Part shown: piece by piece, positions 25,801 through 39,100 of the stretch | Layout: each line of letters starts with the position of its first letter | Numbering within the stretch: the first letter of the stretch is position 1 | Origin: Antedon mediterranea | Lineage: Eukaryota > Animalia > Echinodermata | Direction of reading: 5' to 3' | DNA length: 64,000 bases | Assembly (NCBI RefSeq): GCF_964355755.1 | Contig: NC_092678.1 | Location: 21,221,365-21,285,364 of the forward strand | Notes under the pieces: generated by a model | Seen by the model: only the letters and a program-made list of their open reading frames with translations | Databases searched by the model: none | What the model was told of the DNA's origin: nothing | Position numbers and translations under genes: made by a program

Positions 25801-26044
25801 ACCCTTACTTAGGCAGCCACTGCAATAACGCCGGTGTCATTCATGCGTGACATTTACCTTCTGCCTGGTATATTTGCTGTATTTTCTCTACATTGCCATG
25901 ACTTGCAGCATAGTGTAAAGCAGTCCAATTATGTGTAAACTTTGGAGGTCGACCTGAGCTTTTTGGCGTTTTGCAATCGTCTTCGTTTTGTCCAAAACAA
26001 TCAAATTTCCATTCCATGGGCAATGAACTCCACTTTGAACCCAT
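19883..26044 (-). CDS. Ankyrin repeat and SOCS box-containing protein (ASB family), 242 aa
   Basis: Exons 26044-25858 (MGSKWS...NWTALHYAASHGNVEKI), 25543-25350 (KDFYGKSALYWAAYKGHANCLEVLIENGADVN...GQAPLHAVS), 25175-25047 (AGADVDLRDNWGVTPMYTAACNGQLECIKLLIKAGS) and 20101-19883 (KTGGIPKQLA...TPRTLQELCAIVVRKRLG...IESLHLPETLQNRLQL, stop). All junctions are GT-AG with phases 1/0/0. About four ankyrin repeats plus a C-terminal SOCS box. Confidence 0.92.
21287..21814 (+). CDS. Secreted single globular C1q-domain protein (C1qDC), 175 aa
   Basis: Signal peptide MLKKLLTIGCIVCLVFIYCDA; gC1q motifs SAFAA, YDNIVTNVGNDFD, GSFTCRVPGLYFFKFH, LVAGEKVYL, FNGFLLY; no collagen repeat. Acceptor at 21259-21260, probable 5'-UTR donor near 20829. 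Confidence 0.93.
   Translation: MLKKLLTIGCIVCLVFIYCDAVTDKYKRTSAFAATKITPIGSIQSNITSYDNIVTNVGNDFDDAAGSFTCRVPGLYFFKFHFPQTVTNYELTLITLFKNSFGSAETEITSAFQPASREDYGGGGALAELVAGEKVYLYLDGNLPLQADKPLVFNGFLLYRTDKDEIKMKKAMFSI
23437..24568 (+). CDS. Secreted tandem double-C1q-domain protein, 289 aa (two coding exons)
   Basis: Exon 23437-23905 (signal peptide; SAFSAK, GTFTCELPGTYYF, LGVGDRVQL, LTGFLLN) splices in phase 1 to exon 24168-24568 (HDCHCGGK linker; VSFTV, GIFTAPYSGTYYFSF, LVKGDTVLL, FTGFLL stop). Probable 5'-UTR donor at 22980, acceptor at 23421-23422. Confidence 0.9.
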
Positions 26045-26738
26045 TGCATGTCCTCATCTAATAATAATATATTTAAAAATTATAGTAGCATTGCAGTTTT
26101 GGCATTAAATACTGGTAATAACATGTTGTCATTAGTTAGCGTACACAAATTCTGTTTATATCCTCCCAAAATAAGGACCACTGTTCACTTAAATCATGGT
26201 CCATGCTTAAATGAATAATCTGTTTACCACTCACCCCAGACTGACAACAAAGGAATATTAATAATATTATTAAATAACAAAACAAAGACTTCTTCTGCCA
26301 ATAAATTACCTACAGTAATTAAATTGTTAATGTTACCATAGTTAACATACTTTTTATGCCACGAATTATTGTTGGAACTTGAAGTAACTAGGCCTACATA
26401 CAGTATATCCTAATGCAATAGCTATACTACTAGGCCTAGGCTCATAAGCCTCTCTACCTCCTTTTGGTTGGTCGTCGAAAAGTTCGCCTTCCGTCCGTGG
26501 TGGTGATGGAAAATGATTCACTTCGACTCGCTCACCGTGTGGGGCTGGGCAACATCGAGGGTTGTTTGCTCTAAGATCCAACTTTTAAAATAACAGTAAT
26601 ACTAGAAAAAGTATGAAAATAGTGAATTAGGATTTGAATAATATTTTATGTGAACTAAACATTTAAAAAAATTAAAATTACTGCATACTTACGATAAAAA
26701 TATCAAAACAAGCAACAAACCACTGTATTTTTTTAGAG

Positions 26739-26754
26739 CAGCGCCACCTAGAGT
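26739..26754 (-). promoter_or_regulatory. CTCF-like motif next to the probable ASB first exon/promoter
   Basis: Minus strand ACTCTAGGTGGCGCTG resembles the CTCF core. It lies beside a GTAAGT donor (26687-26692, minus) in a CpG-richer patch. Motif match only. Confidence 0.35.
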
Positions 26755-28044
26755 TCCAAGGTACGTTCGAGCCGCACGTACGACGTACGTACATATATAC
26801 ATTTCATCAATCATATCCAGGGTTGTTTTGTAATTTAAAAAAAAATAGGGCCTAATACAGTAGTATTAAATTGCTTTAAATTCTGTAAGTTTGTGTACAT
26901 ATATGCGTAGAATTTACTAACGTCGGTCTAAGAGATGTTTTACTGTCGTATAGCTTTTCAAACAAATGAAGCGTTCAAAATGAACAATAATAGAATAGCC
27001 TACATTTCATTCAAACTCATTTAAAATAAACCATTTAGTTTCTATTGTTTTGAATTATTCGTTATCTATCTTTTATTGCTTCATTTTGTATAATTTAATA
27101 CACAAAGTACACAATAAATAAGTAAAATAGATGAATTAGGTACGTCTACTTCCTAGAACAGAGGGGTGGTGTTTGCTGTTCTAAACAGCAAAGATACAGA
27201 AAACATTTTGTGAAACGTCGTCCAATCATCGAAGCCTACCGGTAAGATCCGGTTTAGGATCGCGCGTTTTGAGGAGACGGGCTAATAAACCAATCAGCGG
27301 CCAGTAATTTGCTAATTAACATACTTAGTACAACTTTTTCTTCCTTTTGGAAGAAGACGGCGAGGAAGATGGTCGACAACCAAGGGACATGATGTAGGCC
27401 TTACGGCGAAGCTGAAATGATGCCTGGAAAAGCAATCCCGTTCCTCATCAAGCATAATACTTTTTTACTACATATACTGTTCTAAATAAATACTAATAGT
27501 ACAAAAAGTAAAAGTTCCACAAAAAAATACCTGGCGTTTGGTAGAAAATTACCGTTAAAGTTGGTAAATATGCCAACGATTTCCTACGAAATAGCGAGGC
27601 TGAAACAACTGGTGGCGCACTATAACTAGACTGTACTATTATTATCACGGTTTATAAGAAATATATAGGCAAGTTATTTATTATCAAAATAGATTTATTC
27701 TTTATTTTTTTAAATAAATTTGGTGAATACAAATTTATATTAACTCTAAAATTGAAATTTAGAGTTAATAATTATCCCCCGACATTAAAACATTTATAAT
27801 TACAAATGGCTTCAACTGTTCGTATAATGGTTTCTCCCGACAGGTAGGCTATTAATAGCAGTAGAAATACAGCAGCAATATTATGCGAAGTTTATACCGT
27901 AGGATGTACATAGTGACTGATACGATTTAACTGTGAAACATATAGAACACATATTCCTAGTAATAAACACCAATGCAATAGTAAATTTAAATTATTAAAT
28001 AAAATACAAACATCAAATATTTGTTTTGTTTCAATGTAATTGTA

Positions 28045-28400
28045 TTTATTCTCATGGTTAATATTTTTCTTTATATTCTCATGGTTACACAATTTCTTTT
28101 AATGGTTACACAATTTCTTTATATTCTCATAGTTACTATTTTTCTTTATATTCTCATGGTTACAGTTTTTATTATTATATTCTCATGGTTAAATTATTTA
28201 TTTATATTCTCATGGTTACAGTTTTTATTATTATATTCTCGTGGTTACATTATTTATATTCTCATGGTTACAGTTTTTATTATTATATTCTCATGGTTAT
28301 ATTATTTATTTATATTCTCATGGTTTCCATTTTGTTTTCATTTTTTTTAAATCTTTTTTTTTATTCACATGCTCACAGTTTCTGTTTGCATAACCATGGT
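28045..28400 (+). repeat. Degenerate ~28-33-bp minisatellite (TATATTCTCATGGTTACAGTTTTTAT)
   Basis: About ten copies of ATTCTCATGGTTA just downstream of the transposase-like gene. Confidence 0.85.
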
Positions 28401-28485
28401 TAGTGTTTCACATTGGTTATAGTGTAGGCCTATTACATTACAGTTACTTTTTATGATGATTTTGTTGCATTCAAAACCGTATAAA

Positions 28486-31299
28486 CTATATTTCATATTC
28501 ATCTTCCTTATAGTCTAATTCATCATCTTCAATGCCATAGTCTGGTGTGTCTTCTTTTTCTTCTCTTGTCCTGTTTTCACACTCATCTCATTCACACTCG
28601 AACAGTTAATCCTAGAGCAAGTGACTTTGGAGTCTGCCTTCTTCCTTTCCAAGCAAGGTACAGGATGTCCTGGCTTATCGATAAAATTTTCGTTCGAGTT
28701 TCTTCAGTAACATCTGAAAATGAGGTTTGTATAGTATCTTCTGCAGCACCAACACACTTTGCGATTAGATTAAACAACTCATATGGCACAATTTCAGATA
28801 TGTCAACATCATTAATGTCCGCTGCTCTTGGAGGCCATTCACTCTGCATACCTTTGTTTGATTTGATGGCATTATTTACTATCGTACCTGCAAGTACATT
28901 TTATAGCATTGGGTGAATGAAACATAGTAATAATAAATTTATATAAAGCATATACTGTATTGTGTACAGCATTTATGATCGACACCACTTACTATCATAA
29001 CAGTTTTGTTTTTTGAGTGTATACAGCTTTCACCTCTTTGATCCACAGCATTTCCTTAATTATGCAATAACATTTATTGTTGTTATTTAAAAATAAACCA
29101 ATATATACAAGTTATTGTATTTTAACCGTACCTGCAAAATATAGAGTCCTTAGTTTGTCTCTATTGTCACCATCAGTGGAGATTTCGTGTGTTGTAGAAG
29201 TAGTTGGAATATCTATGTCATACTTTGATGATTCATCTGTCTCCGTTGTACTTTTTCCTGATGACAAAAATGGATCAGCCACAAATCCAGGGGATACATT
29301 GCTAAAGTACACCAGAACTGATTCATTTCTAATTAAGAAAAAATAAATAAAATATTTAGTTTGACCAATCCACAAAAAGATTTTTTTTTTAAATTATCCC
29401 TGGTGAAATAATCATTTAATATAAACACACTAAGCAACTAACCTTCTTGTGGGTGAATAAAAAATTAGGTTAGGATAATCCATCTTGAGCTTCTTCTTCA
29501 ACACGTCTGATCTATAAATAACACATTAATTGATTATAATTAATTGTAACATAGATACAATGAAGAAATTATTACAGTAACTGGATCTCAAAATTATTTC
29601 ATCGTTTTTAAGAAGGAATCGACAGCCTACCTTATAGTTGACAAGTAAACTTTTTCTGTTTTTTCAATTGATTTCATGAAAAGCTTTTGGAGTTTTGCGA
29701 GTCTTAGTATCTCCTGTCCATACTGTAACCGTTTATCAATTGCATCTCTGCAAAATACCTTATAGCTTTGCTTATATGTTAAAAAAACACTTTCCAATTC
29801 CCTGTAAATAATAATAAATACTGTATTATTAAAATATATTTTAATATTTTATAGATTTTGGTGTTTAAAAATTCAACATTTAGACTGAAGCAAATAAATA
29901 AAAAATTAAAAGTGTAAATTAAAAAAACCAACAGAGTTTTAGAAAGTTACGTTTTACTCACTTTCCAGAATCATGTCGTTTACGTGAATTAACAACTATT
30001 TTGGTGTAGTTTTTGTAACATTGGTCATGATATCGCACTTCAATACAAGCACAGCTTTTGCCTCGAATGTCTTTTAAAATACTTTCGTCCTCTCTCATTT
30101 CTGCAGCTTTTCGCAACATTCCTGTCATAAATCAAATCAACAAAAGCAATAGTGTGTAATTCCTAAATGATTGAAATGATATTTTGTTATGCATAACTAC
30201 AGCATGGAGATATAAAATGTATAGCTCCATGTACACTATATAGCAAAGGTTCACATGGAAGAAATGTCCTGGAACACCTCATTATGCTGTACAGTAGGAA
30301 GGTTTTCTAATTGGATTACATCAGTTGAGCCTGCAAAACTCATTATAGGATGGGGATTAGAAAGCAGATTGATTAATTAACCATATGTTTACAAATTTAA
30401 AGGATAGGAGAAACAACAATAACAAGTAAATTTTTTTTCTTCAAATAATTACCTGCATCATCTGTTAAAGCCTTTCTTAATTTATCATGACCTCTTTTGC
30501 CTTGGATCGTCACTAATTTGTCTTGCAATTTACAAATGATACATTTCTTTGGCAAAATAGTGGCTTTTTGAACCATTGCTGTGGCTGAACTACTTCTCAA
30601 AAAATGCTTGGCCCTCTTAACTGGTGGCTCATCTGGGCTCTCACTGTCTCCTGCTTGGGATCTCTTTTTGGCAACTCTTGTTTCAGCCTAAACATCAATT
30701 TCAACGTATAATTAATTTATACAGCATTTTATTTTGTCTTATATAGAGCCTATATTGGTATTTACCTAAAATTAATTTTGTAGCCTACTGAATAATATAT
30801 ACTGTATAATATAATATGGCCTAGGCCTAGGGCCTGGTACTACAGTAGTAGAAAGCCCAATCAACAACCAAGCACAGAAACTAAGGGCACAATATAGATC
30901 TATAAGTAAGTGCAGTAGCACCCTATATACTGTATCATTTAACTATATTATTAACTCTTAGAGTATTCTGATAATAATCGAAACCAAATATTACCTTTTT
31001 TAGTCGAGATGTATCAGTATATCGCCTGTAACAGGTAGCATGAAAACCTAAGCCTGATGCTCGCGTACGACATCGTCAAACGATTTACCTTCATCAGACA
31101 TACCAAGCTCCGTCAAATGTATGGCGATTTCCTTGCCGTCTCCATCTAATTTTATCCAACTCTTTGAACAGAGCAACACTTTATTCCATCGAATCTCAGT
31201 AATTGGACTGATAATTTCATTTGAATGCTTGTAAATTTGGAAAAAACAGTTCAACTTTACTTTGTCTGAGCGAGAAGATCCTTCCTCGTCGGACGCCAT
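28486..31299 (-). pseudogene. Spliced transposase-like pseudogene (probably Academ-type), frameshifted and internally deleted
   Basis: Phase-consistent GT-AG exons 31299-30995, 30687-30453, 30121-29962, 29801-29631, 29511-29443, 29328-29132 and 28887-~28598. Motifs: GFHATCYRRYTD, KCIICK, IEVRYHDQCYKNYT, LKKKLKMDY, WPP, VPYELFNLI, SISQDILY...RQTPKSLALGLTVR. Frameshift near 31050-31075. After TVR the sequence jumps to CE*DECEN plus an acidic tail and a stop at 28486. Family assignment is from recalled motif similarity, not a search. Confidence 0.7.
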
Positions 31300-32249
31300 T
31301 TCGTGTTTACATCGTGCTGATTTTGACGTCTGCTGCCTAAACGTCGCGTATGATTGGTTTAACTGATGTCATGTGATACAAAATGGCAACTGCGAAAATA
31401 TATTCTTTTATACTTTTAAAATCAAGATTTCTTTAAAATGTCAGGAAAATTTTCGTGGAACTTTTTAATACGTGATTAATTTATTTTTATGTATATGAAT
31501 CAAGAGAGTTCACTTATTATGCTTAATGAGGAACAAGAACAAATGTTTTTATCTTCACCGTAAGGCCTAATGGAGGTATGTTTTATTTTACATCTAAAAT
31601 ATACATAATTCAAAGATATTTAACTACCAGAGGCAATTATAATAAAACTATTACTGTATAGTGCTTTGTTGGAAAATTTTAATTAGTAAAGATACTTGAA
31701 TTTGTTAGATTTATACAGCTCAAACTGAGCTCTTGTAGTGCGCCCGACCCCTGCTTGAGAAGGTGAACCCTTGAGAAACCATGTTTCTTTCGCCCACTGT
31801 TCAACAAACGGACCTCATCTCATTTTCTGACTGCCTTTATTCAGATTATGTGTACATTATTAGACTTCTATATTGCAGTGTTTGTTTCTATTTAAATGCA
31901 AGATGTGTAGAATCTTTATTCGCCGTTAATATTCTTCCAAGATGAAGCTGTTTTCTGGTCTAATTTTTTTTTCTGATCATCCCTGTCGCACACCTAGTCA
32001 CACGCGCGTCAGCGGCGGCGATGGAAAATAATAGCGGCGGCCACCAAATCCAAACTAAATGATTTATGAAGGCCTGTACTATGGTCTATTTCTTTGTTAT
32101 TTTATGCAAAATTACTGTTAAATCAATGCAGTGGATTTCTGGTATTTTAAGATTAGAAATTTGGTTTTGGAGAGTTTTAATTTTTAATTACAGGATGGAC
32201 CAACTGTGATGTGTTCCAGCCTCTGTGTCGTTGGTGCATTGGTGTACAA

Positions 32250-34200
32250 GTTGGTGGTGTTTTTATTTTCTTAATTCACAAATATACAAATAAAATACAA
32301 AGGTGTTGGTGTCTTTTTTATTTTATTTCACAAAATAAAATAAAAATGTGTTTATAAAATGTCTATTTTAATTTTAATTCACAAATTTATGAAACAAAAT
32401 ACATGTTGGGGTTTATACATGTTGGCATTTATACATGTTGGCATCTAATATTTCTTTTACAAAATGACAAACTAAAATACAATAATGTTTGTTGGTATTT
32501 ATTTTCACAAAATACAAATGTGCATTGGTGCCAATTTTTTATTTACAAATATATGGTTGTGTCTATTTTTATTCACATATTTACAAAATAAAATAAGGTG
32601 TGTATGGTGTCTATTTTTTTTTTTATTTCACAAATTTACTGTTTGCTGCCCTCTTTATCTATAAACTTTTTTTAATGTAAACTTTTAGGCATGGGCATTC
32701 TTAAATAACACTCAACATTTACAATCAAATACAAATATGTGTTGGGTGTCTATTTTTTATTTTCAAAATAAAATGTCTATTTTTTATTTATTTCACAAAA
32801 TGAAATACAAATATGTGTTTGGTTTTTTTTATTTCACAAATATGTGTTGGGTGTCTGGTTTTTTTATTTCACAAATATGTGTTGTGTGTCATTTTTTATT
32901 TCACAAATATGTGTTGGGTGTCTGGTTTTTTTATTTCACAAATATGTGTTGGGTGTCTGGTTTTTTTATTTCACAAATACAAACAAAAATGTTGGTGTAA
33001 ATTTTTTATTTCTAAATATTTGTAGGGGTTCATGAAATAAAATACAAATGTGTTGGGTGTCTATTTTTTTATTTTACAAAATGAAATACGAAATATGCGT
33101 TCGGTTTTTTTTTTTATTTCACAAATATGTGTTGGGTGTCTATTTTTTATTTTCAAAATAAAATGTCTATTTTTTTTTTAGTTCACAAAATGAAATATAA
33201 ATATGTGTTGTGTGTCTATTTTTTTATTTCACAAAATAAAATATAAATAGGTGCCTAATTTTGTTTTTACACAAATTAAAATACATATATGTGTTGGGTG
33301 TCTATTTTTTTATTTCACAAATATGTGTTGGGTGTCTGGTTTTTTTATTTCACAAATATGTGTTGTGTGTAAATTTTTATTTCACAAAATACAAAAAAAA
33401 TGTTACCTGTAAATTTTTTATTTCTAAATATTTGTAGGGGTTCATGAAATATGAAATAAAATACAAATGTGTTGGGTGTCTATTTTTTTATTTCACAAAA
33501 TAAAATATAAATAGGTGCCTAATTTTGTTTTTACACAAATTAAAATACATATATGTGTTGGGTGTCTTTTTTTTTATTTCACAAATATGTGTTGGGTGTC
33601 TGGTTTTTTTATTTCACAAATATGTGTTGTGTGTCATTTTTTATTTCAAAAAATCCAAAAAAAATGTTAGTGTAAATTTGTTATTTCTAAATATTTGTAG
33701 GGGTTCATGAAATAAAATATAAATAGGTGCCTAATTTTGTTTTTCCACAAATTAAAATACATATATGTGTTGGTGCATATTTTTTTTATTTCACAAATAT
33801 GTGTTGGGTGTCTGGTTTTTTTATTTGACAAATATGAGTTGTGTGTCATTTTTTATTTCACAAAATCCAAAAAAAATGTTGGTGTAAATTTTTTATTTCT
33901 AAATATTTGTAGGGGTTCATGAAATAAAATATAAATAGGTGCCTAATTTTGTTTTTCCACAAATTAAAATACATATATGTGTTGGTACATATTTTTTTTT
34001 AATAAAAAAAAAAAAATACAAATAGGTGTTGTTGAATGTTTATCTTTTTTCATTTCACAAAACAGAATTTTCTTTAATTTTCAAAAATAAAATACAAAAT
34101 ATGTATTTGTAATTTTTTTTTTTATTTCACAAATATGTGTTGGTTGTCATTTTATTTTACAAAATAAAATGCAAATATATCTTTTGTCTATTTTCTAATT
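32250..34200 (+). repeat. AT-rich degenerate minisatellite (core TTTTTTATTTCACAAATATGTGTTGGGTGTC) with ~200-250-bp higher-order units
   Basis: Dozens of copies of the core; marker TTTGTAGGGGTTCATGAAATA recurs at about 33020, 33430, 33695 and 33905. Confidence 0.9.
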
Positions 34201-34267
34201 TAATTCACAAATTTATTGTTTGCTGCCATCTTTGCCTACAAACTTCTTTTACTGTAAGTTTTAGCCC

Positions 34268-34440
34268 ATGGAAGTGAGACCCAGCCATTGAAAGCCATTT
34301 GAAGTCTGACCCTGCCATTTGAAGTCTGACCCAGACATTGGAAGTCTGACACAGCCATTGGAAGCCTGACACAGCCATTTGAAGTCTGACCCAGACATTG
34401 GAAGTCTGACACAGCCATTGGAAGCTTGACACAGCCGTTG
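34268..34440 (+). repeat. 20-bp minisatellite (GGAAGTCTGACACAGCCATT)
   Basis: Tandem copies; same unit as the arrays at 40983-41430, 44843-44912 and 48363-48690. Confidence 0.9.
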
Positions 34441-34720
34441 GATGCCAAATCAGCATTTTTAATTTACATATGTACAAAATAAAATACATTATTATATGCA
34501 TTTGGTTTTGTTATTATTCATAAGTGGTGTGTGTCTATTTTTTGCATATTTACAAAATTTAAAAAAATACATTGTTTTTTAATTTTATGTGAGTTTTTTT
34601 TTAATTCAAACATTTAAAAAATAAAATAAAGTGTTTGTTTTTATTTTTTATTTTGATTCACCTATATTTACTGCTTGCTGCCCTCTTTACCTTTCTACTT
34701 TTTTTTTCTGTATAGTCCGT

Positions 34721-34980
34721 GAAAGCCGGACACCGTCACTGGAAACCGGACGCAGTCGCTGAGAGCCAGAAGCGATCGCTGAAAACCAAATACATTCGCT
34801 GGAAGACGGACACAGTCGCATAAAGCCGGACGAGGTCACTGAAAGCCAAACGCATTCGCTAGTAGCCGGACGCAGTCAACTAAAGCCGGGCTCAAAGACG
34901 GTCATGCTCGCTCAAAGCCAACCGCGCTCGCTCAAAGCCAGCTGCACTCGCTCAAAGCCAGCCGCGCTAGCTCAAAGCCA
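34721..34980 (+). repeat. CpG-rich ~20-bp minisatellites (GAAAGCCGGACGCAGTCGCT and CGCTCAAAGCCAGCCGCGCT)
   Basis: Degenerate tandem copies, much more CpG-rich than the flanks. Confidence 0.8.
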
Positions 34981-35556
34981 TTAAAAAATAATCTGCATTA
35001 TTATTTTCTTTTATTTATTTTGTTTATTTACTTTTTTCTGCTTCTAAATTTATAGGTATACAGCTTTCTTCAGATGTCATGAGATGTGCAGACAAATGTT
35101 CACCAACACATTTTTTGTGTGTGTATATATAACCTAAAATAGGAGGGCTATAAATGATGCTATCAATAAAGTTATGTATTAAATAATACCTAAATTATTT
35201 TAATAACCAATTGATATATTTTATTTTGCAGTTCAAATCAGATTGCTCAATGGAAGTTTCTTATCAGTTATTTTTGTTATAATTTTATCTTTATGTCTTT
35301 CAGTTTTCTTTATATTTCATTCATATTCCATTTTAAATTTTGCCATGTCGATTGCAGTTTTCTCTGCATTTTTTGGATACTAAAACTGATGGTTCATGAT
35401 ATTGTTTCTGTATCAAGTTTGCTGACTGGTATGGTCTAATGGTAAACATGCAACTGATTCATATTTTTTTTTTTTTTTTTTTTTGCCCTCTTTTGCTGTG
35501 TCTGACTGAAGTACAAATGATGGATCTAGGTTTCTTCAGTCTCCTTGCAGCAATTA

Positions 35557-36118
35557 GTCTACACCAAGATGATTCACATCATCCTAACAAGTCTACACCA
35601 AGATGATTCACATCATCCTAACAAGTCTACACCAAGATGATTCACATCATCCTAACAAGTCTACACCAAGATGATTCACATCATCCTAACAAGTCTACAC
35701 CAAGATGATTCACATCATCCTAACAAGTCTACACCAAGATGATTCACATCATCCTAACAAGTCTACACCAAGATGATTCACATCATCCTAACAAGTCTAC
35801 ACCAAGATGATTCACATCATCCTAACAAGTCTACACCAAGATGATTCACATCATCCTAACAAGTCTACACCAAGATGATTCACATCATCCTAACAAGTCT
35901 ACACCAAGATGATTCACATCATCCTAACAAGTCTACACCAAGATGATTCACATCATCCTAACAAGTCTACACCAAGATGATTCACATCATCCTAACAAGT
36001 CTACACCAAGATGATTCACATCATCCTAACAAGTCTACACCAAGATGATTCACATCATCCTAACAAGTCTACACCAAGATGATTCACATCATCCTAACAA
36101 GTCTACATCAAGATGATT
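35557..36118 (+). repeat. Near-perfect 34-bp minisatellite, about 16 copies
   Basis: Unit AGTCTACACCAAGATGATTCACATCATCCTAACA. Confidence 0.97.
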
Positions 36119-39100
36119 GACGTCAACCTTAACAGCAAGTCTACACCAAGACGATTGATGTCAACCTGAACAACAAGTCTACACCAAGAAGATTGATGTC
36201 AACCCTAACAGCAAGTCTACATCAAGAAGATAGACGTCAACCTTCACAGCAAGTTTACATAAAGACGATTGACGTCAACCTTAACAGCAAGTCTACACCA
36301 AAACGAATGATGTCAAACTTTGGTTACGTTCAACACTTATTTCACCATTTTTAAACCCTGTCCCTTCCCCCTTCCAAATTGTCCTTAGTGTGCAACATTT
36401 ACATCCAGTTGCTTTTTTCAAAGTTTGTCATGCTTTAGCGCAACATTCTTGCCTTTGCAATAGCACTGACTCTCTTGTCTTTTTTAAAATCTTGACCTCT
36501 TTTAATTGCTTTCTCTGATGTACCATACAAAAGGTGGGTTTAGGTTTCTTCAATCTCTTTACAGCAAGTCTACATGAAGACAAGTGATGTCTACTTAAAG
36601 TGTAAATGAAGTAGATAGCTGACGTCAAATTGCAATGCAAAAAAGGCATTTAATTTAGGTTACATTCAGTCGTAATTCCACCATTTTCAAGTCCTCATCC
36701 CATCCCTCCTATTTCAAAATCGTACAAAATGTTTTTTTACGTCGCACATAACATCAATTCCACATGAAGACAATGACGTCAACTCTAACAGCAAGACTAC
36801 ACCAAGATTGACGTCAACTTTAACAGCAAGTCTACATCAAGATGATTCACATCAACCTAACACATCAACATGAAGACGATTGACGTCAACCTTAACAGCA
36901 AGTCTACACCAAAACGAACGATGTCAAACTGTGGTTACGTTCAGCACCATTTTTAAACCCTGTCCCTTCCCCCTTCCAAATTGTCCTTAGTGTGCAACAT
37001 TTCCATCCAGTTGCTTTTTTCAAGGTTTGTTATGCTTTAGAGCAACATTCTTGCTTTTGCAGTAGCACCGACTCTCTTTACATCAAGTCTACCTGAAGAC
37101 AAGTGATGTCAATTTGAAGTCTAAATTCAGTATTTAATTCCACCATTCTTAAGTGCTCATCCCATCCCTCCTATTTCAAAATCGTACAAAATGTTTTAAA
37201 TCACACATAACATCAATTCCACATGAAGAAAAATGATGTCAACCTAAACAGAAAGTCTACATGAAGAATATTAAAGATGTATTGTCCCTTTGTCAAATTC
37301 CCAAAAAATTAAAAAAAAAGATTTCGAAACTATTTAACTTGTGAATTACTCTTTTCAGATCTTGCTTCTATGAAGGTATATTGAAGGTATCAATCAACGG
37401 CAAGTCTACATGAAGACGAATGACTTCAACCATAACAGCAAGTCTACACCAAGATTGACGTCAACCATATCAGCAAAAGTCTACACCAAGACGATTGATG
37501 TCAAACTTAACAGCAAGTCTACACCAAGAAGATTGATGTCAACCTTAAAATCAAGTCTACATCAAGACGATTGACGTCAGCCTTAACAGCAAGTCTACAC
37601 CAAGAAGATTGATGTCAACCTTAAAAGCAAGTCAACATCAAGACGATTGACGTCAACCTTAACAGCAAGTCTACACCAAGAAGATTGATGTCAACCTTAA
37701 CAGCAAATCTACACCAAGACAATAGATGTCAACCTTAACAGCAAATCTACACCAAGACAATAGATGTCAACCTTAACAGCAAGTCTACACATAGACGATT
37801 GACGTCAACCTTAACAGCAAGTCTACCCCGAAGTCTACACCAAGACGATTGACGTCCCATCCCTCCTATTTCAAAATCGTACACAATTTTGTTTTACGTC
37901 ACACATAACATCAATTCCACATGAAGACAATGATGTCAACCCTAACAGCAACACTACACCAAGATTGACGTCAACCTTAACAGCAAGTCTACATCAAGAT
38001 GATTCACATCAACCTAACAAGTCTACATAAAGACGATTGACGTCAACCTTAACAGCAAGTCTACACCAAAAGGAACGATGTCAAAAAATGTGGTTACGTT
38101 TAGCACTTAATTTCACCATTTTTAAACCCTGTCCCTTCCCCCTTCCAAATTGTCCTTAGTGTGCAACATTTCCATCTATTTGCTTTTTTCAAAGTTTATT
38201 ATGCTTTAGCGCAACATTCTTGCCTTTGCAATAGCACTGACTCTCTTTTTTAAAATCTTGACCTCTTTTAATTGCTTTTTCTGATGTACTGTACAAAAGG
38301 TTGGTTTAGGTTTCTTCAATCTCCTTACAGCAAGTCTACATGAAAACAATTGATTTCAAATTGAAGTCTACACGAAGAAGATGCAAAATATAAGACATTT
38401 AATTTAGGTTACATTCATTCTTAATTCCACCATTTTTAAGTCCTCATGCCATCCCTCCTATTTCAAAATCGTACAAAATGTTTTACATCACACATAACAT
38501 CAATTCCACATGAAGACGAATGATGTCAACCTAAACAGAAAGTCTACATGAAGAATATTAACTTAACAAGTCTACACTGAGAAGATTCATGATGTCAACT
38601 TTAACAGCAAGTCTACACCAAGACAATAGATGTCAACCTTAACAGCAAATCTACACCAAGACAATAGATGTCAACCTTAACAGCAAGTCTACACGAAGAC
38701 GAATTTTGATTAATTAAATTAATTGTATCGACATATGAATATATATTTAACTTGTGATTACTCTTTTCAGATCTTGCTTCTATGAAGGTATATTGAAGGT
38801 ATCAATCTTAACGACAAGTCAACATGAAGACGAATGACTTCAACCATAACAGCAAGTCTACACCAAGATTGATGTCAACCATAACAGCAAGTCTACACCA
38901 AGAAATTGATGTCAACCTTAACAGCAAGTCTACACCAAGAAGATTGATGGCAACCTTAAAAGCAAGTTTACATCAAGACGATTGACGTCAACCTTAACAG
39001 CAAGTCTACACCAAGAAGATTGACGTCAACCTTAACAGCAAATCTACACCAAGACAATAGATGTCAACCTTAACAGCAAGTCTACACAACGACGATTGAC

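Noticed and set aside
26366-26581. 71-aa minus-strand ORF as an N-terminal ASB extension
   Set aside because: Splicing it to the 26057 acceptor gives a frame different from the ankyrin frame and ends at a stop; at most a 5'-UTR exon or uORF.
28021-28403. Hydrophobic membrane-protein-like ORFs (also 32737-33922)
   Set aside because: Translations of T-rich minisatellites.
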